DNA of 64,000 nucleotides from Gemmatales bacterium (GCA_046350055.1 JAXMBC010000001.1:1214660-1278659); one strand, 5' to 3'; shown: positions 1-9,861, counted from the stretch's first letter. Notes: a model not told the origin generated them from the letters alone. Numbers and translations are program-made.

Positions 1-814
1 GTGTTTCGCCGGGGCCAGGCAGGGCCATCGAGGCGAAGTAATAGCTGAGCACGAACCCGACGTGTCCCAGCATGCCCAGTGCTACAGATTGCACCATCGC
101 CAGCGGATAACGGCGGAATTGCAGGAACGCTCCGAAGATTTTACTCAGGATCGGGCCCACCCAGCGAATACGGTGCAGCCACACCAGCAACCGTTCCCCA
201 TTGAAAGGCAACAGTGCAAAGAGTGCATAGAAGACGATTCCACCAACCGCTACTCCACAAATCACCATGAAAGCAATCTGCAGCTCATGAGCACGCTCGC
301 CCTGGAACGAGAGGATGGTGTTCAGGTATATCAGCCCGATGAGGGCCGAGAGAAGAAAGAGGCTGTACAGCCCCACGAAGCGATCCACCACAATGCTCGC
401 AAGTGCCCCGACCCGGTTACCCGGGTTCTCCTTCATGATGAACCCGGCCTTGAATACATCTCCCATGGTGGAGCCAGGCATAAACATGCCTACCACATAA
501 CCCACGAACCCCAGACGAATGGCATCCCATCGGCTGCATTTGATATGCAGGGCATGCAGCAGAATGTGCCAGCGGAGGAAGGTGGATAGCACGCTCAGCA
601 GAAACACCACCAGCCCGACGATGAACCAGCTGTAGCCGAAATCCACGAAGTTGAGGTTCGCCTGGGCCCACTGTTGTTGCAGGGTGTTCCAGAAATCCCG
701 GCCCTTGAAGTACGCCAGGATGCCGATCACAACGAGGATGACAAGCAGGATCACCCAGCGCAGCAAACGCTGGCGGGTAGACTGTTTCGAGTTATTCGCT
801 TTGTCTTTGACCAT
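1..814 (-). CDS. flippase-like / lysyl-PG-synthase TM-region (UPF0104) family membrane protein; C-terminus lies beyond the window edge
   Basis: My own minus-strand translation from the ATG at complement 814-812 gives MVKDKANNSKQSTRQRLLRWVILLVILVVIGILAYFKG...GDVFKAGFIMKENPGNRVGALASIVVDRFVGLYSLF. It has several hydrophobic helices. The frame stays open to base 1, so it is missing from the ORF track. Confidence 0.55.
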   Translation of the reverse strand, partial: MVKDKANNSKQSTRQRLLRWVILLVILVVIGILAYFKGRDFWNTLQQQWAQANLNFVDFGYSWFIVGLVVFLLSVLSTFLRWHILLHALHIKCSRWDAIRLGFVGYVVGMFMPGSTMGDVFKAGFIMKENPGNRVGALASIVVDRFVGLYSLFLLSALIGLIYLNTILSFQGERAHELQIAFMVICGVAVGGIVFYALFALLPFNGERLLVWLHRIRWVGPILSKIFGAFLQFRRYPLAMVQSVALGMLGHVGFVLSYYFASMALPGPGET

Positions 815-832
815 GATGCCTGGGGGGTACGT

Positions 833-1312
833 CTAGTCTTCCCGGCATCCACACCGCTTCTTCACCATCATCACGGCGTTGCCTGGTTCCAAGTAACTGA
901 CTTCGGACATATAGTGCTTCATCATCAGCAGGCCGCGACCACATGGCGATTCGAGGTGTTCGATCGACAGCGGATCTGCTACAGACTGGGGATTAAACCC
1001 CGGGCCTTCATCTTCAATGCAGATCTGGAAGCAGTCGTTATCCACACAGAACGAGATGTGCAGTTGCTTGGCACAATCGCAGTTATTGCCATGCTTGATG
1101 GCATTCACCAGCGCTTCTTCCAGGGCCTGACGGACATCTATGACATCCTCTTCATCGTAGCCCGATTCCCGCAACCGCTCCGTAATGTGATCGCGGATTC
1201 GGTACGCTTCCTGCGTATCACTCGGAATGACATAGCATTCCGGCAGTGTGAGATAGTGTGGAGAAGGTCGAACAGACATACCCAGCATTCCAGACGGAGA
1301 GTGAATGCCCAT
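833..1312 (-). CDS. anti-sigma regulatory factor, HATPase-type Ser/Thr kinase (RsbW/SpoIIAB-like)
   Basis: The 159-aa ORF contains EEALVNAIKHGN and IEDEGPGF ATP-binding motifs. It sits directly downstream of a STAS gene. Confidence 0.75.
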   Translation of the reverse strand: MGIHSPSGMLGMSVRPSPHYLTLPECYVIPSDTQEAYRIRDHITERLRESGYDEEDVIDVRQALEEALVNAIKHGNNCDCAKQLHISFCVDNDCFQICIEDEGPGFNPQSVADPLSIEHLESPCGRGLLMMKHYMSEVSYLEPGNAVMMVKKRCGCRED

Positions 1313-1344
1313 CCCTGGCAGGCCGATGAGGAGCGAGTCGTACC

Positions 1345-1719
1345 CTAGTTCTGCAGGAACTGCAAGGCCTCTTGCTCATCATCAAAGATCTTGAAGATGC
1401 GATCAAAGCCGGTGATCTTGAATGCTTCAAAGATGCTGGAGTCAATATTCGAGAGAGCCAGCTTGCCTTTTGCTGCCTCCACCTGCTTGCGTAGTACCAC
1501 CAGTTTGCCCAGAGCAGCACTGGAGAGGTACTCCACTTTGGAGAAATTCAGCAGGATGTGGTGATGCCCCGCTTGCTCGACCAGGCTCTTGAGCTGATCG
1601 CCAAACTGTTGAATGACCTGATCATCCAGAATGCGTCCTGCCAGGATGCTGACAACCGCCACGTTGTCAATGACCTGCACTTCGAGCAGGCGTTTAGGCT
1701 GAACGGCCATGGGGGACAC
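1345..1719 (-). CDS. STAS-domain anti-sigma-factor antagonist
   Basis: The 124-aa ORF has a typical STAS layout (LNFSKVEYLSSAALGKLVVL...ITGFDRIFKIF). Confidence 0.8.
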   Translation of the reverse strand: MSPMAVQPKRLLEVQVIDNVAVVSILAGRILDDQVIQQFGDQLKSLVEQAGHHHILLNFSKVEYLSSAALGKLVVLRKQVEAAKGKLALSNIDSSIFEAFKITGFDRIFKIFDDEQEALQFLQN

Positions 1720-2041
1720 TCCAGTGCAGTATGCTTTGATTCAAGTTCCAGACAATTATAGCCGATAAGACGACATTGGGTAGGACACGCCAGTCGAGTT
1801 CCTGCCCAGTTTGCCCAACCACCTGTTTGAACGAGAACGGATGGACACTTTCGAGCAGCCTATCCAGGGCAGGCGAATCGTCCGGCCGTACCGTTATCTG
1901 CCCCTGTGGGTACCCCTGTTCCCGGGCTGACTTCGGGAATGTCGCACCTTCAGCCGCACCTGCGGACGGTCGCACCTCTCCAACGCCAACCTTGGTCTTT
2001 CCATGCCAAGCCACTCCAACGTGGCCTAACCACATGTTGTC

Positions 2042-2620
2042 ATGTGGAGGGAGGACGCTATGTACGGCATTGACTTTGTTCTGGCAGTCTTGCTGCTTCA
2101 GGGAGCAGACGTCTCCACGTTTCAAGACGCCAGGACCATACCCGGCTGGCATGCCCTGGTCAGCAAGCCTCTCGTACAACTCGCCCTCGCCTGCGAGATT
2201 CTCGACCAGCGTGAAGTTCGTTATGTCCTTGTCAAGCCTGACGAATTTGTCAGCGACCTCCGCATGCTCCAGCGTCGCGCCCACGACCTCCAGCAAGCAC
2301 CCTTCCTGAGCGATTCCGTACGTTTCCCCGAACGGGTGATCGTGAACGAGTTGCTTCTGATGAATCGTGCCTATCGTCAGTATCTGGAAAACTGCACACC
2401 CCTGTATCCACATTCAGCGGATCTGCGTGCGGCTCGTGAGGAAGTGGAACTACTCTACCAGGTGTGGGATGCCGTGCGCGATGCCCGCTGCGAATACTAC
2501 TACGTCCACATCCGCCGCCAGGCACTAAAAAAGCTGCAGGACATGCTCGGCGAAGCTGACTACGAAAATGGCAACCTGCCACCCCACGTGCCCCACTGGC
2601 GCTTTACGGCACTGCGGTAA
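2042..2620 (+). CDS. hypothetical protein
   Basis: The 192-aa ORF has C/G-rich third codon positions. The C-terminal part (NRAYRQYLENC...VWDAVRDARCEYYYVHIRRQALKKL) looks like genuine protein. The start is uncertain. Confidence 0.45.
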   Translation: MWREDAMYGIDFVLAVLLLQGADVSTFQDARTIPGWHALVSKPLVQLALACEILDQREVRYVLVKPDEFVSDLRMLQRRAHDLQQAPFLSDSVRFPERVIVNELLLMNRAYRQYLENCTPLYPHSADLRAAREEVELLYQVWDAVRDARCEYYYVHIRRQALKKLQDMLGEADYENGNLPPHVPHWRFTALR

Positions 2621-2637
2621 CACATCATTCGCTAGTT

Positions 2638-2850
2638 TCACTCATTATCAGGTGCAGAGTCATGCAGTCGCGGGGGCGGCTTGCGCTCCAGCATCCCCAT
2701 GAAGTACAGGAAGATCATGGGTAAGATACACCATTGAAGCACTTCAGAAACGCTCTTGGAGAAGTAGTAGACGACGGCCGTGTAACACGTCATGATTAGC
2801 AGACCCAGCAAACAACTACGCTTCTGCGGAAACATCTCTTCAGAGGTCAT
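2638..2850 (-). CDS. small membrane protein (about 70 aa)
   Basis: Taken from the internal ATG of the 2638..3183 ORF: MTSEEMFPQKRSCLLGLLIMTCYTAVVYYF...ILPMIFLYFMGML, with two hydrophobic helices. The segment is AT-richer than its surroundings. Confidence 0.3.
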   Translation of the reverse strand: MTSEEMFPQKRSCLLGLLIMTCYTAVVYYFSKSVSEVLQWCILPMIFLYFMGMLERKPPPRLHDSAPDNE

Positions 2851-2867
2851 TAGAGAGGTCCCATATG

Positions 2868-3194
2868 CTAGCGAATTAAACGAGAGATCAGTAAGAACCA
2901 TCCAAACACGTAGGCCGTCACCCAGCATGCCTGGAATGGGGTAAGTGCGATGGATGAAGTCATTCTGAAGCGAAAGCGGCGAAGAACATACTTTGTCAGG
3001 ACGATGTAAATACCCGCAGAAGTGTAGATGATACCAAGAGCAATGAGCGGATGAAACTGATCTCGCGGCATCAAATAAGCTGCGAGGTACATCACCGCCA
3101 CTGCCGAGAAGGGAATCGTGACTTCCGCCAGAAGACGCAAATGGCTGACCCGCCTGGGGCCAGCCTTGAATGTCAGTGAACAATGCTTAAACAT
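2868..3194 (-). CDS. small membrane protein (108 aa)
   Basis: The ORF has three hydrophobic stretches (IPFSAVAVMYLAAYL, LIALGIIYTSAGIYIVL, ACWVTAYVFGWFLLI). It may form a single frameshifted gene with 2638..2850. Confidence 0.35.
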   Translation of the reverse strand: MFKHCSLTFKAGPRRVSHLRLLAEVTIPFSAVAVMYLAAYLMPRDQFHPLIALGIIYTSAGIYIVLTKYVLRRFRFRMTSSIALTPFQACWVTAYVFGWFLLISRLIR

Positions 3195-3235
3195 TGATCA
3201 ACATCCTCGCATTGGGTGTTCTACGCCTCGACGCC

Positions 3236-4324
3236 CTACTTCTTCTTCTTCACCTCTTCCAGTAAGCTCCGGGCTTCTACCACCTGCTTCGTATCATCGT
3301 AATCGCTGATGATCTGCTTCAGGAAGTCCTCGGCAATACTGTAATCCTTCACCTTCATTGCCCGCTTGGCGAAGTTCAGTTTCGAGAGTGCTGCCTTCTC
3401 GCGCGGATCGAGTTTCTCCTCCGCAGGCTTCTCCTTCTCAGCCTTCGTCACTTCCTTGCTGCTCTCCGGTGCTGTCTTGTCCGGGCTGGCTTGTGCCACC
3501 GTTGTCGTACGGCGAGGAATAATCACCTTCTTGTCCTTCAGCAGTGTCTTCACTTCGCTCAGATCGATGAAGGTAGATAACTGGTTGGCCGAGGTGATGC
3601 CACCCTGGGTAACACCTACCAGCTCTCCTTCATCATTCACCAGCGGGCCGCCTGAATCACCTTTGTTGGTTGGATTGGAGCTTTCAATCATGCGGGCTTC
3701 GATGGTCAGCGATTCCCCCTGCCCGATCTGCACCACAAACTTCTTGTCGTAGATGCTGCGAACACTGCCATCGGTATAGCTCCACATGCCACCCGCCCCG
3801 GTGTTGCCAATAGTATGTACTCGCGAACTGGGCCGTGGACTATTCTGGGCCAGTGGCAGCGTCGTTACTCCCTTGGGCAGTTTCTGGCCTGCATCGAATT
3901 GCACTTCGACCAGGGCCAGGTCTTTGTTCTTCAGGTACGTCACAATCTTGCCCCGGAAGGTATAGATCGGATCGCCGCTGCTTTGCATGTACTTGCTGCG
4001 ATCCTGCTCCACTTCCCCCCGGCTGTTCTTGACCGGGAACATCACCCGCACTTCCGCATGGTTGCCATCGCTCTTCACACACGGAGCCACGACATGATAA
4101 TTGGTGATGATCAGGGGCAAATTGGTGCGGGGAGACAGCCCGATGAATGATCCGGAACCCGTCGCTGCCCGGCGACTCCCATCACCCAGGGGGGACAAGA
4201 CAAAGACAGTGCTGCGGAGTGTCTTGTCGAAGACGGTCTCACCCGCCTTGGTTCCCTGCGCGTGAATGGAGTGGCATGCAATTAGGAACAGGAGGATCGT
4301 CGCTGCGGCGCGCATAGGAAGCAC
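3236..4324 (-). CDS. secreted trypsin-like serine protease (S1C/DegP-type catalytic domain) with a Lys/Glu-rich C-terminal tail
   Basis: It has a signal-peptide-like N-terminus, a TNYHV histidine motif, a DLALV aspartate motif and a GDSGGPLV serine motif. Confidence 0.8.
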   Translation of the reverse strand: MLPMRAAATILLFLIACHSIHAQGTKAGETVFDKTLRSTVFVLSPLGDGSRRAATGSGSFIGLSPRTNLPLIITNYHVVAPCVKSDGNHAEVRVMFPVKNSRGEVEQDRSKYMQSSGDPIYTFRGKIVTYLKNKDLALVEVQFDAGQKLPKGVTTLPLAQNSPRPSSRVHTIGNTGAGGMWSYTDGSVRSIYDKKFVVQIGQGESLTIEARMIESSNPTNKGDSGGPLVNDEGELVGVTQGGITSANQLSTFIDLSEVKTLLKDKKVIIPRRTTTVAQASPDKTAPESSKEVTKAEKEKPAEEKLDPREKAALSKLNFAKRAMKVKDYSIAEDFLKQIISDYDDTKQVVEARSLLEEVKKKK

Positions 4325-4514
4325 TCAGAAGGTTATCCCATAGTACCATGCAGCAACGGCTTCCACAAGAAAGGGCTAGGCTATCGTCGCTCGATCGTCA
4401 CTCGCTCAACTGCCCCAGCATAAAATCGCTGGATTCCCCCAACTTTCCTTGCCTCCTCATCAATGTCACCGATATTGACCAGAATAGTCTGACAACCCTT
4501 TCTCGGAGACTGCC

Positions 4515-4886
4515 ATGGTTCGCATCCTGTCCCTCTTCGCCCTCGCGCTCATCGTCGTCACTCCTTCCTTGGCTGACGACAAGATCGATGGCAAACTCCT
4601 CCTCGGCAAATGGGAACCCACCGGCGACAAGGTCCCCCCGGGACTCAAGGCTGTCATCGACTTCCAGAAAGATGACAAGGTCGTTGTCGAAGTCGACTTC
4701 AATGGCAAGTCGCAGAAGCTCGAAGGCAAGTACAAGATCGATGGCAACAAACTGGAAATGACCATGAAAAACCCCGACGGCCAGGAACGCTCCCAGAAGA
4801 TGACGATCGTCAAACTCAGCGCCAAGGAAGTCACCATCAAGGACGAAGACAAGAACGAAGAGCAGGTGCTGAAGAAGGTCTCGTGA
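4515..4886 (+). CDS. small secreted lipocalin-like protein (resembles the Gemmata paralogous family TIGR03066)
   Basis: It has a signal peptide followed by the pattern GKWEP...F.KDDKV...GKY.IDGNKLE. Confidence 0.55.
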   Translation: MVRILSLFALALIVVTPSLADDKIDGKLLLGKWEPTGDKVPPGLKAVIDFQKDDKVVVEVDFNGKSQKLEGKYKIDGNKLEMTMKNPDGQERSQKMTIVKLSAKEVTIKDEDKNEEQVLKKVS

Positions 4887-4934
4887 ACCGGCCTTGCCCG
4901 TTCCCCGTCATGACGCTATGACAACATCAACCAC

Positions 4935-5006
4935 TACCCCGTGGTGTAACTGGTAACACTAGAGTTTTTGGTACTCTCATTTCTGGTTCGAATCCAGACG
5001 GGGTAA
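4935..5006 (+). tRNA. tRNA-Gln (anticodon UUG)
   Basis: A hand-folded cloverleaf. The acceptor stem is TACCCCG/CGGGGTA and the D stem is GTGT/ACAC with a GG loop. The anticodon stem is AGAGT/ACTCT with loop TT-TTG-GT. The T arm is TCTGG-TTCGAAT-CCAGA. CCA is not encoded. Confidence 0.9.
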
Positions 5007-5047
5007 TTTCCTTCAGATTCCACGGTAACTGATAACAAGCCGTTTTT

Positions 5048-5085
5048 CGCAAGAAGCCCCGTTTTCACGGGGTTTCTTGCGTTTG
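5048..5085 (+). terminator. rho-independent terminator after tRNA-Gln
   Basis: A 14-bp stem CGCAAGAAGCCCCG/CGGGGTTTCTTGCG with one mismatch and loop TTTTCA, followed by TTTG. Confidence 0.6.
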
Positions 5086-5191
5086 TGACTTTGCCTGACA
5101 TCCTTCTCCCTATCCCAGCTCAATGACGGGGGCATAGGCGTTACATTTCCGTTCTGCTCACGCCTCTATGCTGTGATCCCGCACAGGAACC

Positions 5192-7645
5192 GTGAGGCAA
5201 CCCATGTCCACTGCACCAGAAATCCAGTCGTCACCGCCACCTCCTTCATTCCTCGAAAGACTCCTCTCTCCGCAGGGTATCCAGGCACTGCTGGGCACGG
5301 GTGGAGCGTTGTTCGTCGGCGGCCTCATCACCTGGCTGGCGACGCTGGGAGTATTTGATCATCCGCTGGTGCTTGCTGCCTGTCTGGGTGGGGTGAACCT
5401 GGCGTTGCTGTTTGCCGGCTTTGCCCTGGTGCTGCGGTCCCGATATCAACTCGCAGGACTGGCACTGACGCTGCTGGCGTGCCTGGTGATGCCCTTGCAT
5501 TTGTGGTTCTATCACGCCCAGCACCTGCTCACCTTTGACAACCATCTCTGGGCAGCTGCGCTGGTGATTTCGTTGCTCTATGCCCTGACGGCCCGGGTGC
5601 TGCAGAACCTCTGGTTCGTGCCTATTTTCCTGGGTGGGATCGCGATGACCACGCTGTTGATCCTCGCAGATCTGGGACAGTTCTGGCAGGTGACGGCTCC
5701 AGCCATCGCCCTGGTGGGCATGGGGCTGGTGGCGATCCACGTCGAACGGCTCTTCACGCAGGATGCCGCCAGCCCGTTCCGACGGGAACGATTCGGGCTG
5801 GCCTTCTTCTGGAGCGGACATGCCTTGCTGGGACTGGGCCTCCTGATGGTGCTGGTCGCACAACTGGCCGGCGGACCGTTGTATGCTCATTACACCAAAT
5901 CGATCTACGATCAATGGAGCTTCACACGCACGGAGCTGGTGACGACACAGTCGGGCAAAGGTCTGGCACTATTCCTGGTACTCGTGGGAGTGTATGCCCA
6001 TCTCTATTCCGATATGGTGGTTCGTCGCAAGGGGTACTGCCTGCAGATTGCAGCTCTGCTGCTGGTGTGGGTCGAGTTCATCGTCATTGATCTGCTGAAC
6101 ATCTCGTTGAGCATCGAATCGCTCCTGGGACTGCTGGCCGGTACCGGCTTGCTGATTCAACTGCTGCACCGCCTGGTGGGGCATCGGCTGCCGGGGCAGA
6201 TGCCGGTGCTGCCGTTCCTGGCAAGCCTGCTGAGCATCGGTGCCACAATCGTCGGGCTGTTCTGCTACTTCACGGAGAATGTGCATTACGTATCCAGTGA
6301 ACTATCGCTTCACACGATTCAATCCCTGCCAACATTGCTGTTATCGATGGCGGTGGCTGCTGTTGCCCTGGCTGGCGGGTCGTTCACTTCGACTGACAGG
6401 AAAGCGAAGCTGTATCACAGCGGGTTCGGGCTGGCGGTGCTGCTCGTCGGTACACTCGCGATTGGTTGCTATGCAGTGGCGAACTGGTATGTCCAGTGTG
6501 CCCTGGTTCTGGGGATGGTGTGTGTGGCTGTCGTGGTGTCCTGGCAGCTGCGACAGTTGCGGGAGATCGGTCAGTTCGCCCATCTCTTCGCTGCCTTCTG
6601 GCTGCTGGTGGGTATGCCTAAGCTGCTGGCTCTGGGCAGCAGCGACATCTGGCTCATCGTAGGTGTGCTGTCTCTGGCTCTGTTGTTCTATGCACTGTGC
6701 ACCGTGCTGCTCAAGCAGCGTGGGGCGTTCGCCCTGGCGCTGCTCAGTCTGGTGCTGATTGTGCTGCACGTGTTTGCCTGGCTGCAACTGGTGCTGGCAT
6801 ACAAGATGGCAGCGGGTGCAGTCCTGGGTGCGAGCCTGCTGGTTGCGGGCAAGGCAACTGCTCGTTCTGCGTCCCTGGCAGCCAGTGCCCGCGTATTGAC
6901 GAAGATGGGGTCGGTGATCTTCTTTGTCTCGACCCTGGCAACCATTCTGCTGGGCGTGCAGACACTCGTGGCTTACACCTCACATGCGGTCATCTGGCCG
7001 GTGTTCTTCAGTCTGCTGCTGGAAGGCATCCTGGCTGCAGTGTTCTACCTGATGAACAAGAAGGATGTGTCAGCGAACCTCTTCTTCGCTACGGCTGTAA
7101 CCAACGCCAGCCTGGCGGTCGTTCTCCTGACGACGATGCTGGAACTGCCGATGTGGCGGAAGCTGGAAGTGGCAAGCGTGGGGCTGGGTCTGTTCATGAC
7201 CGTGCTCGGCTTCCGGGCCTGGTTGCAGGAGGTGCAGGAGCGTCATCAGCAGCCTTCGGTCTCGCCCATGTTCCTGCTCGGTTCGTTGCTGGTGGGTGTG
7301 CCCATGGTCCTGGTAGTCATGGGGTACCGCAGCAGCGGGCAGTTCATGGTCCTGGACGAAGCCTCGATGTTCATCGTGGGACTGGTGATGCTGGGCCTCG
7401 GTTGCCTGTGTCAGCTCCGCATCCCCGCGATGGCGGGGGCAGCGTTGACGCTGCTGTATCTGGCAGGCCTGCTGCTGTTCGTGCCGTGGGGTCAGCTGGG
7501 AACAGCAGCCCTGGTGCTGGCTGGTGGCGGTGCCGGACTGTTCCTGATTGGCCTGGGTCTGAGCATCTTCCGCGACAGGCTGCTGGCTTTGCCACAGCAG
7601 GTGAAGCAGCGGCAGGGCATCTTTCAGGTGCTGGGCTGGAGGTAA
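5192..7645 (+). CDS. large polytopic integral membrane protein, function unknown
   Basis: The 817-aa ORF is almost entirely a series of hydrophobic helices. Codon bias is good. Confidence 0.6.
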   Translation: MRQPMSTAPEIQSSPPPPSFLERLLSPQGIQALLGTGGALFVGGLITWLATLGVFDHPLVLAACLGGVNLALLFAGFALVLRSRYQLAGLALTLLACLVMPLHLWFYHAQHLLTFDNHLWAAALVISLLYALTARVLQNLWFVPIFLGGIAMTTLLILADLGQFWQVTAPAIALVGMGLVAIHVERLFTQDAASPFRRERFGLAFFWSGHALLGLGLLMVLVAQLAGGPLYAHYTKSIYDQWSFTRTELVTTQSGKGLALFLVLVGVYAHLYSDMVVRRKGYCLQIAALLLVWVEFIVIDLLNISLSIESLLGLLAGTGLLIQLLHRLVGHRLPGQMPVLPFLASLLSIGATIVGLFCYFTENVHYVSSELSLHTIQSLPTLLLSMAVAAVALAGGSFTSTDRKAKLYHSGFGLAVLLVGTLAIGCYAVANWYVQCALVLGMVCVAVVVSWQLRQLREIGQFAHLFAAFWLLVGMPKLLALGSSDIWLIVGVLSLALLFYALCTVLLKQRGAFALALLSLVLIVLHVFAWLQLVLAYKMAAGAVLGASLLVAGKATARSASLAASARVLTKMGSVIFFVSTLATILLGVQTLVAYTSHAVIWPVFFSLLLEGILAAVFYLMNKKDVSANLFFATAVTNASLAVVLLTTMLELPMWRKLEVASVGLGLFMTVLGFRAWLQEVQERHQQPSVSPMFLLGSLLVGVPMVLVVMGYRSSGQFMVLDEASMFIVGLVMLGLGCLCQLRIPAMAGAALTLLYLAGLLLFVPWGQLGTAALVLAGGGAGLFLIGLGLSIFRDRLLALPQQVKQRQGIFQVLGWR

Positions 7646-7650
7646 TGATC

Positions 7651-7800
7651 AGGTTCTCCCCCTTACGAAGGGGGAGCTAGAGGGGGTTTCACCGTGCGGG
7701 TGGATACAGTCTTGCGAATGCCAAACCGTTGGTGTATTTCGCGTAAGCACACGCCCTTGCAAGGTGCTACCCCTCCCAACCTCCCCTTCGAAAGGGGAGG
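7651..7800. repeat. copy 1 of a ~145-bp element with GC-hairpin termini (inverted relative to copy 2)
   Basis: The terminal hairpins are CTCCCCCTTACGAAGGGGGAG (7656-7676) and CCTCCCCTTCGAAAGGGGAGG (7780-7800). About 40 nt at each end match 12575-12715 in reverse complement. Confidence 0.7.
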
Positions 7801-7882
7801 AGCAGCCAATGCCCATGAATTGGTGCATGACTGCGGGATGATGGCAAGATATGATCGATCAAACTAAGGCGTTGCCTATGAG

Positions 7883-8356
7883 GTGTCTCCTATGTGTCTC
7901 CTGATGATCTTCGGTGGAATGGCCATGCTCCTGATGGTGGTGTTCATCAAGTCAGCCATGGTGCTGTTGCCCTGGACGATCACAGCGGGTGTACTGGCGG
8001 GGCTGACTGGGCTGGGGCTGGGCAAGCTGTCTCGTGGTTCGAAGTCCCTCAAACTGGGGATTGGCATGGCATGCAGCCTGGTGCTGACCGTGGTATATGG
8101 TTACTTCGGGTACATGCTGATCAAACCACCAGGGGCAGTTCCCCGGCAGGGCATAGAGCAGTTGCTGACCCTGCCCGATCCAACGCAAGATGATCTGTGG
8201 CAGATGCTGCCGGTGCACCTGGCGATTGTGGGGATCATCACCGCGGTGATCGTCAGTCGTTACTGGTACCGCTGGTCACCGGAGCTGAGCATGGTGCCGG
8301 AGATGGGCGAGGTGGCAGAGGAGCCAGCAGGCGAGGAGCCCCCGATGGGGGTGTGA
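7883..8356 (+). CDS. membrane protein, function unknown
   Basis: The 157-aa ORF has four hydrophobic helices and an acidic C-terminal tail. Confidence 0.5.
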   Translation: MSPMCLLMIFGGMAMLLMVVFIKSAMVLLPWTITAGVLAGLTGLGLGKLSRGSKSLKLGIGMACSLVLTVVYGYFGYMLIKPPGAVPRQGIEQLLTLPDPTQDDLWQMLPVHLAIVGIITAVIVSRYWYRWSPELSMVPEMGEVAEEPAGEEPPMGV

Positions 8357-8454
8357 GGCAGGCCATTTGCGAAGTTCGCCATGAATTTTTCACTCCTGCA
8401 GCGTCGTACTCCCCTCCATAGAATACCTGCGTGCGAACCCTAGCTGGAGCAGTC

Positions 8455-9861
8455 ATGGCGGAGCGTTACGATCTGGTGGTGATTGGTGCAGGCCCCGGTG
8501 GCTATGTCGCAGCGATTCAGGCTGCACAGCTCGGCAAGAAGGTCGCCTGCATCGACAAGCGCGGCACCTTCGGTGGCACCTGTCTCAACATCGGCTGCAT
8601 CCCCAGCAAGGCCCTTCTCGATTCCAGCGAACACTACCACCAGGCCAAACACAGCTTCAGTCGGCATGGCATCTCCGTGGGTGACGTCAAGATGGATGTC
8701 CCCACCATGATCAAACGCAAGGATGGCATTGTCAAAGGCCTTGTCGATGGCATTGCCTTCCTCTTCAAGAAGTATGGCGTGAAGGGCATCTTCGGCACTG
8801 GCAAACTGCTGAGCAGGAACCAGGTGGAAGTGACGGCGAAGGATGGCACGAAGAGCGTGCTCGAAGCGGACAACATCCTGCTGGCCATGGGAAGCGAGCC
8901 GAGTGGGTTGCCGTTCCTGAACGTCGATGGCAAGAACATTGTCACCAGCACCGAAGCCCTGAACTTCGACAAGGTGCCGGAGCATCTCATCGTCATTGGC
9001 GGTGGCTACATCGGTCTCGAAATGAGTTCGGTCTGGCTGCGGCTGGGGGCGAAGGTGACGGTGATTGAGTTTCTGCCCAAGCTGCTGCCCCTCAATGATG
9101 CCGAGATTGCCGGCATGGTGCACAAGTCGCTGGTGAAGCAGGGTATGGTGTTCCACCTGGATACCAAGGTGACCGGAGCCAAAAGCGATGGCAATCAGGT
9201 GACCGTGACGGCGGAGAGCAAGAGCGGGCCGATTACGGTGACAGGCGACAAGGTGCTGGTCTCCACGGGCCGTCGGCCGATTACCAGGGATACCGGGTTG
9301 GAAACGGTGGGCGTACAGGTCGATCCGAAGACGGGGAAGATACCCGTTAATCATCACTTCCAGACGAATATCCCCAATATCTATGCGATTGGCGATCTGA
9401 TCGCCGGCCCGATGCTGGCCCATAAGGCGATGGAGGAAGGCGTTGCCATTGCGGAGCACCTGTCAGGCAAGCCGATACATATGGATTACGACATCATTCC
9501 GAGTGTGATCTATATCTGGCCGGAAGTGGCTGCAGTGGGCAAGACCGAGGAAGAACTCAAGACTGCGGGCGTGCAGTATCGTGTGGGCAAGTTCCCATTC
9601 ATCGCCAACGGCCGGGCCAAGGCGCTGGACGAAACCGAAGGCACGGTCAAGGTACTGGCAGATGCCACGACCGATCGCTTGCTCGGTGTGCACATCTTCG
9701 GCCCACGGGCTTCCGACATGATTGCCGAGGCCGTGACGACCATGGCATTCAAGGGTAGTGCCGAAGACATGGCCCGCATCGTACACGGCCACCCGACGCT
9801 CGCAGAAGGTATGGGCGAAGCAGCACGGGCGGCGTGGCTGGGGAAGGCGTTACACATCTAA
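8455..9861 (+). CDS. lpdA: dihydrolipoyl dehydrogenase (E3 component)
   Basis: It has MAERYDLVVIGAGPGGY (FAD-binding GxGxxG), the redox disulfide GGTCLNIGCIPSK and a C-terminal HAHPTL-like HGHPTLAE motif. The start was moved from the track GTG at 8431 to the ATG at 8455. Confidence 0.9.
   Translation: MAERYDLVVIGAGPGGYVAAIQAAQLGKKVACIDKRGTFGGTCLNIGCIPSKALLDSSEHYHQAKHSFSRHGISVGDVKMDVPTMIKRKDGIVKGLVDGIAFLFKKYGVKGIFGTGKLLSRNQVEVTAKDGTKSVLEADNILLAMGSEPSGLPFLNVDGKNIVTSTEALNFDKVPEHLIVIGGGYIGLEMSSVWLRLGAKVTVIEFLPKLLPLNDAEIAGMVHKSLVKQGMVFHLDTKVTGAKSDGNQVTVTAESKSGPITVTGDKVLVSTGRRPITRDTGLETVGVQVDPKTGKIPVNHHFQTNIPNIYAIGDLIAGPMLAHKAMEEGVAIAEHLSGKPIHMDYDIIPSVIYIWPEVAAVGKTEEELKTAGVQYRVGKFPFIANGRAKALDETEGTVKVLADATTDRLLGVHIFGPRASDMIAEAVTTMAFKGSAEDMARIVHGHPTLAEGMGEAARAAWLGKALHI

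Noticed and set aside
1694-2413. A 239-aa minus-strand ORF overlapping the STAS gene start
   Set aside because: Its third-codon-position G+C is weaker than that of the overlapping plus-strand frame. It has no motifs and would overlap two better-supported genes. A real gene is not fully excluded.
8440-9459. A 339-aa minus-strand ORF
   Set aside because: It is a shadow ORF antisense to lpdA.
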